This document shows, piece by piece, positions 52,963-53,504 of a DNA stretch of 53,504 nt. Made by a program: the position numbers and the translations under genes. Numbering within the stretch: position 1 is the stretch's first letter; each line of letters starts with the position of its first letter. The notes under the pieces were generated by a model. It was not told where the DNA came from. It saw nothing but the letters and a program-made list of their open reading frames with translations, and ran no database searches. Source of the DNA: a virus (lineage: Duplodnaviria; Caudoviricetes); the IMG/VR virus record IMGVR_UViG_3300042460_002234, positions 1-53,504 of that record; one strand, written 5' to 3'.

Positions 52963-53174
52963 CGACCGACGCCGATGCTCTGGAGTTCGTGCGGAAGCTG
53001 AACGCCGAGCGTGACCTGGAGCGCATCCGCCGCGTGTACCCCGAGCCGGACATGCTCCGGCTGCGCCGCTGGCATGACCGCCGGCGCGGCTGGTTCATTG
53101 TGGACGATGAGACCTACGTTGCGCTCTACTCGGACGTGGACGCAGTGCAACCCGGGAGGCCGGTGCCGGCATGA
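52959..53174 (+). CDS. Hypothetical protein
   Basis: AGGAGG RBS, ATGA coupling. Confidence 0.7.
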   Translation: MTTDADALEFVRKLNAERDLERIRRVYPEPDMLRLRRWHDRRRGWFIVDDETYVALYSDVDAVQPGRPVPA

Positions 53175-53281
53175 AAAAGATCATCTTCGCCCTGCTGGCC
53201 TTCCTGTTCCTGATCCCCTTGATCTACTTCCTGTGGCGCCGGCGCACCGAGGACGAGCGCCGGAAGGACGACGATGAATAG
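53171..53281 (+). CDS. 36-aa single-pass membrane peptide (not in ORF track)
   Basis: MKKIIFALLAFLFLIPLIYFLWRRRTEDERRKDDDE; ATGA overlap upstream, overlaps next start. Confidence 0.7.
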   Translation: MKKIIFALLAFLFLIPLIYFLWRRRTEDERRKDDDE

Positions 53282-53504
53282 CACGTACTTCGGCCTGCTC
53301 GCCGAGTTCGGTGAGGCCAACATCCCGCTCGAGAAAGTCGCCCCCAAGTATTTCGGCCTGAGCCCGGAAGAGGCGAAGCGTCGCGCGTGCTCGAAGTCCC
53401 TCCCCTGCCGCGCCTTCCGCCTGTCTGGCCAGAAATCGCCCTGGCTGGTGGCCGCCGAAGATCTCGCCAAGCTCATCGACGAGAGCCGCAAGGCCGCCGC
53501 CTAG
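53274..53504 (+). CDS. PrtN (pyocin activator)-family protein, probable excisionase-like role
   Basis: MNSTYFGLLAEFG..IPLEKV..KYFGL...LPCRAFRL.GQKSPWLV..EDLAKLID. Confidence 0.88.
   Translation: MNSTYFGLLAEFGEANIPLEKVAPKYFGLSPEEAKRRACSKSLPCRAFRLSGQKSPWLVAAEDLAKLIDESRKAAA

Larger units (their letters stand above)
1..53504. mobile_element. Temperate podovirus-like phage/prophage, partial (both ends truncated)
   Basis: Contiguous terminase, portal, scaffold, capsid, virion proteins, cI/cro switch, replication/nin and ERF/YqaJ/SSB modules; no host housekeeping genes. Confidence 0.95.

Noticed and set aside
1-53504. tRNA/tmRNA genes or att sites
   Set aside because: No cloverleaf with T-loop consensus and no terminal direct repeats found by eye; tRNAscan was not run

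Overview
The whole window is one GC-rich temperate tailed phage or prophage, probably with a proteobacterial host. It is podovirus-like, with a P22-type portal, an N4-gp56-type major capsid protein, no tape measure or tail tube, and a giant PLxRFG-type polyvalent virion protein. It is truncated at both ends: it starts inside a 27-bp tandem-repeat gene and ends exactly at the stop codon of a PrtN-family gene. No integrase or lysis cassette is visible. Layout: leftward accessory operon (1-2720); divergent control region; rightward small genes, terS, XF1762/Mom-like gene, terL, portal, scaffold, a ~320-nt structured intergenic RNA candidate, capsid, adaptor, fibre/tail module, internal virion proteins and the 2317-aa protein (2844-37439); convergent leftward cro-replication-nin operon with a PAPS-reductase-family gene (37441-44869); cI with an S24 peptidase domain; rightward recombination/accessory operon (ERF, YqaJ, SSB, DUF2303, MazG-like, KTSC, cupin, PrtN). 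Most notable observations: (1) three small genes overprinted in the +1 frame inside linkers of the giant protein, each marked by a start site and a collapse of host-frame codon bias; (2) two pairs of a small beta-rich subunit plus a long repeat protein, suggesting ruler-templated fibres; (3) a highly structured RNA in front of the capsid gene; (4) a TACC-N5-GGTA operator found around cI and also at a second divergent switch in front of the terminase operon and at a secreted-protein gene. All family assignments are from motif recognition by eye; no database search was run.
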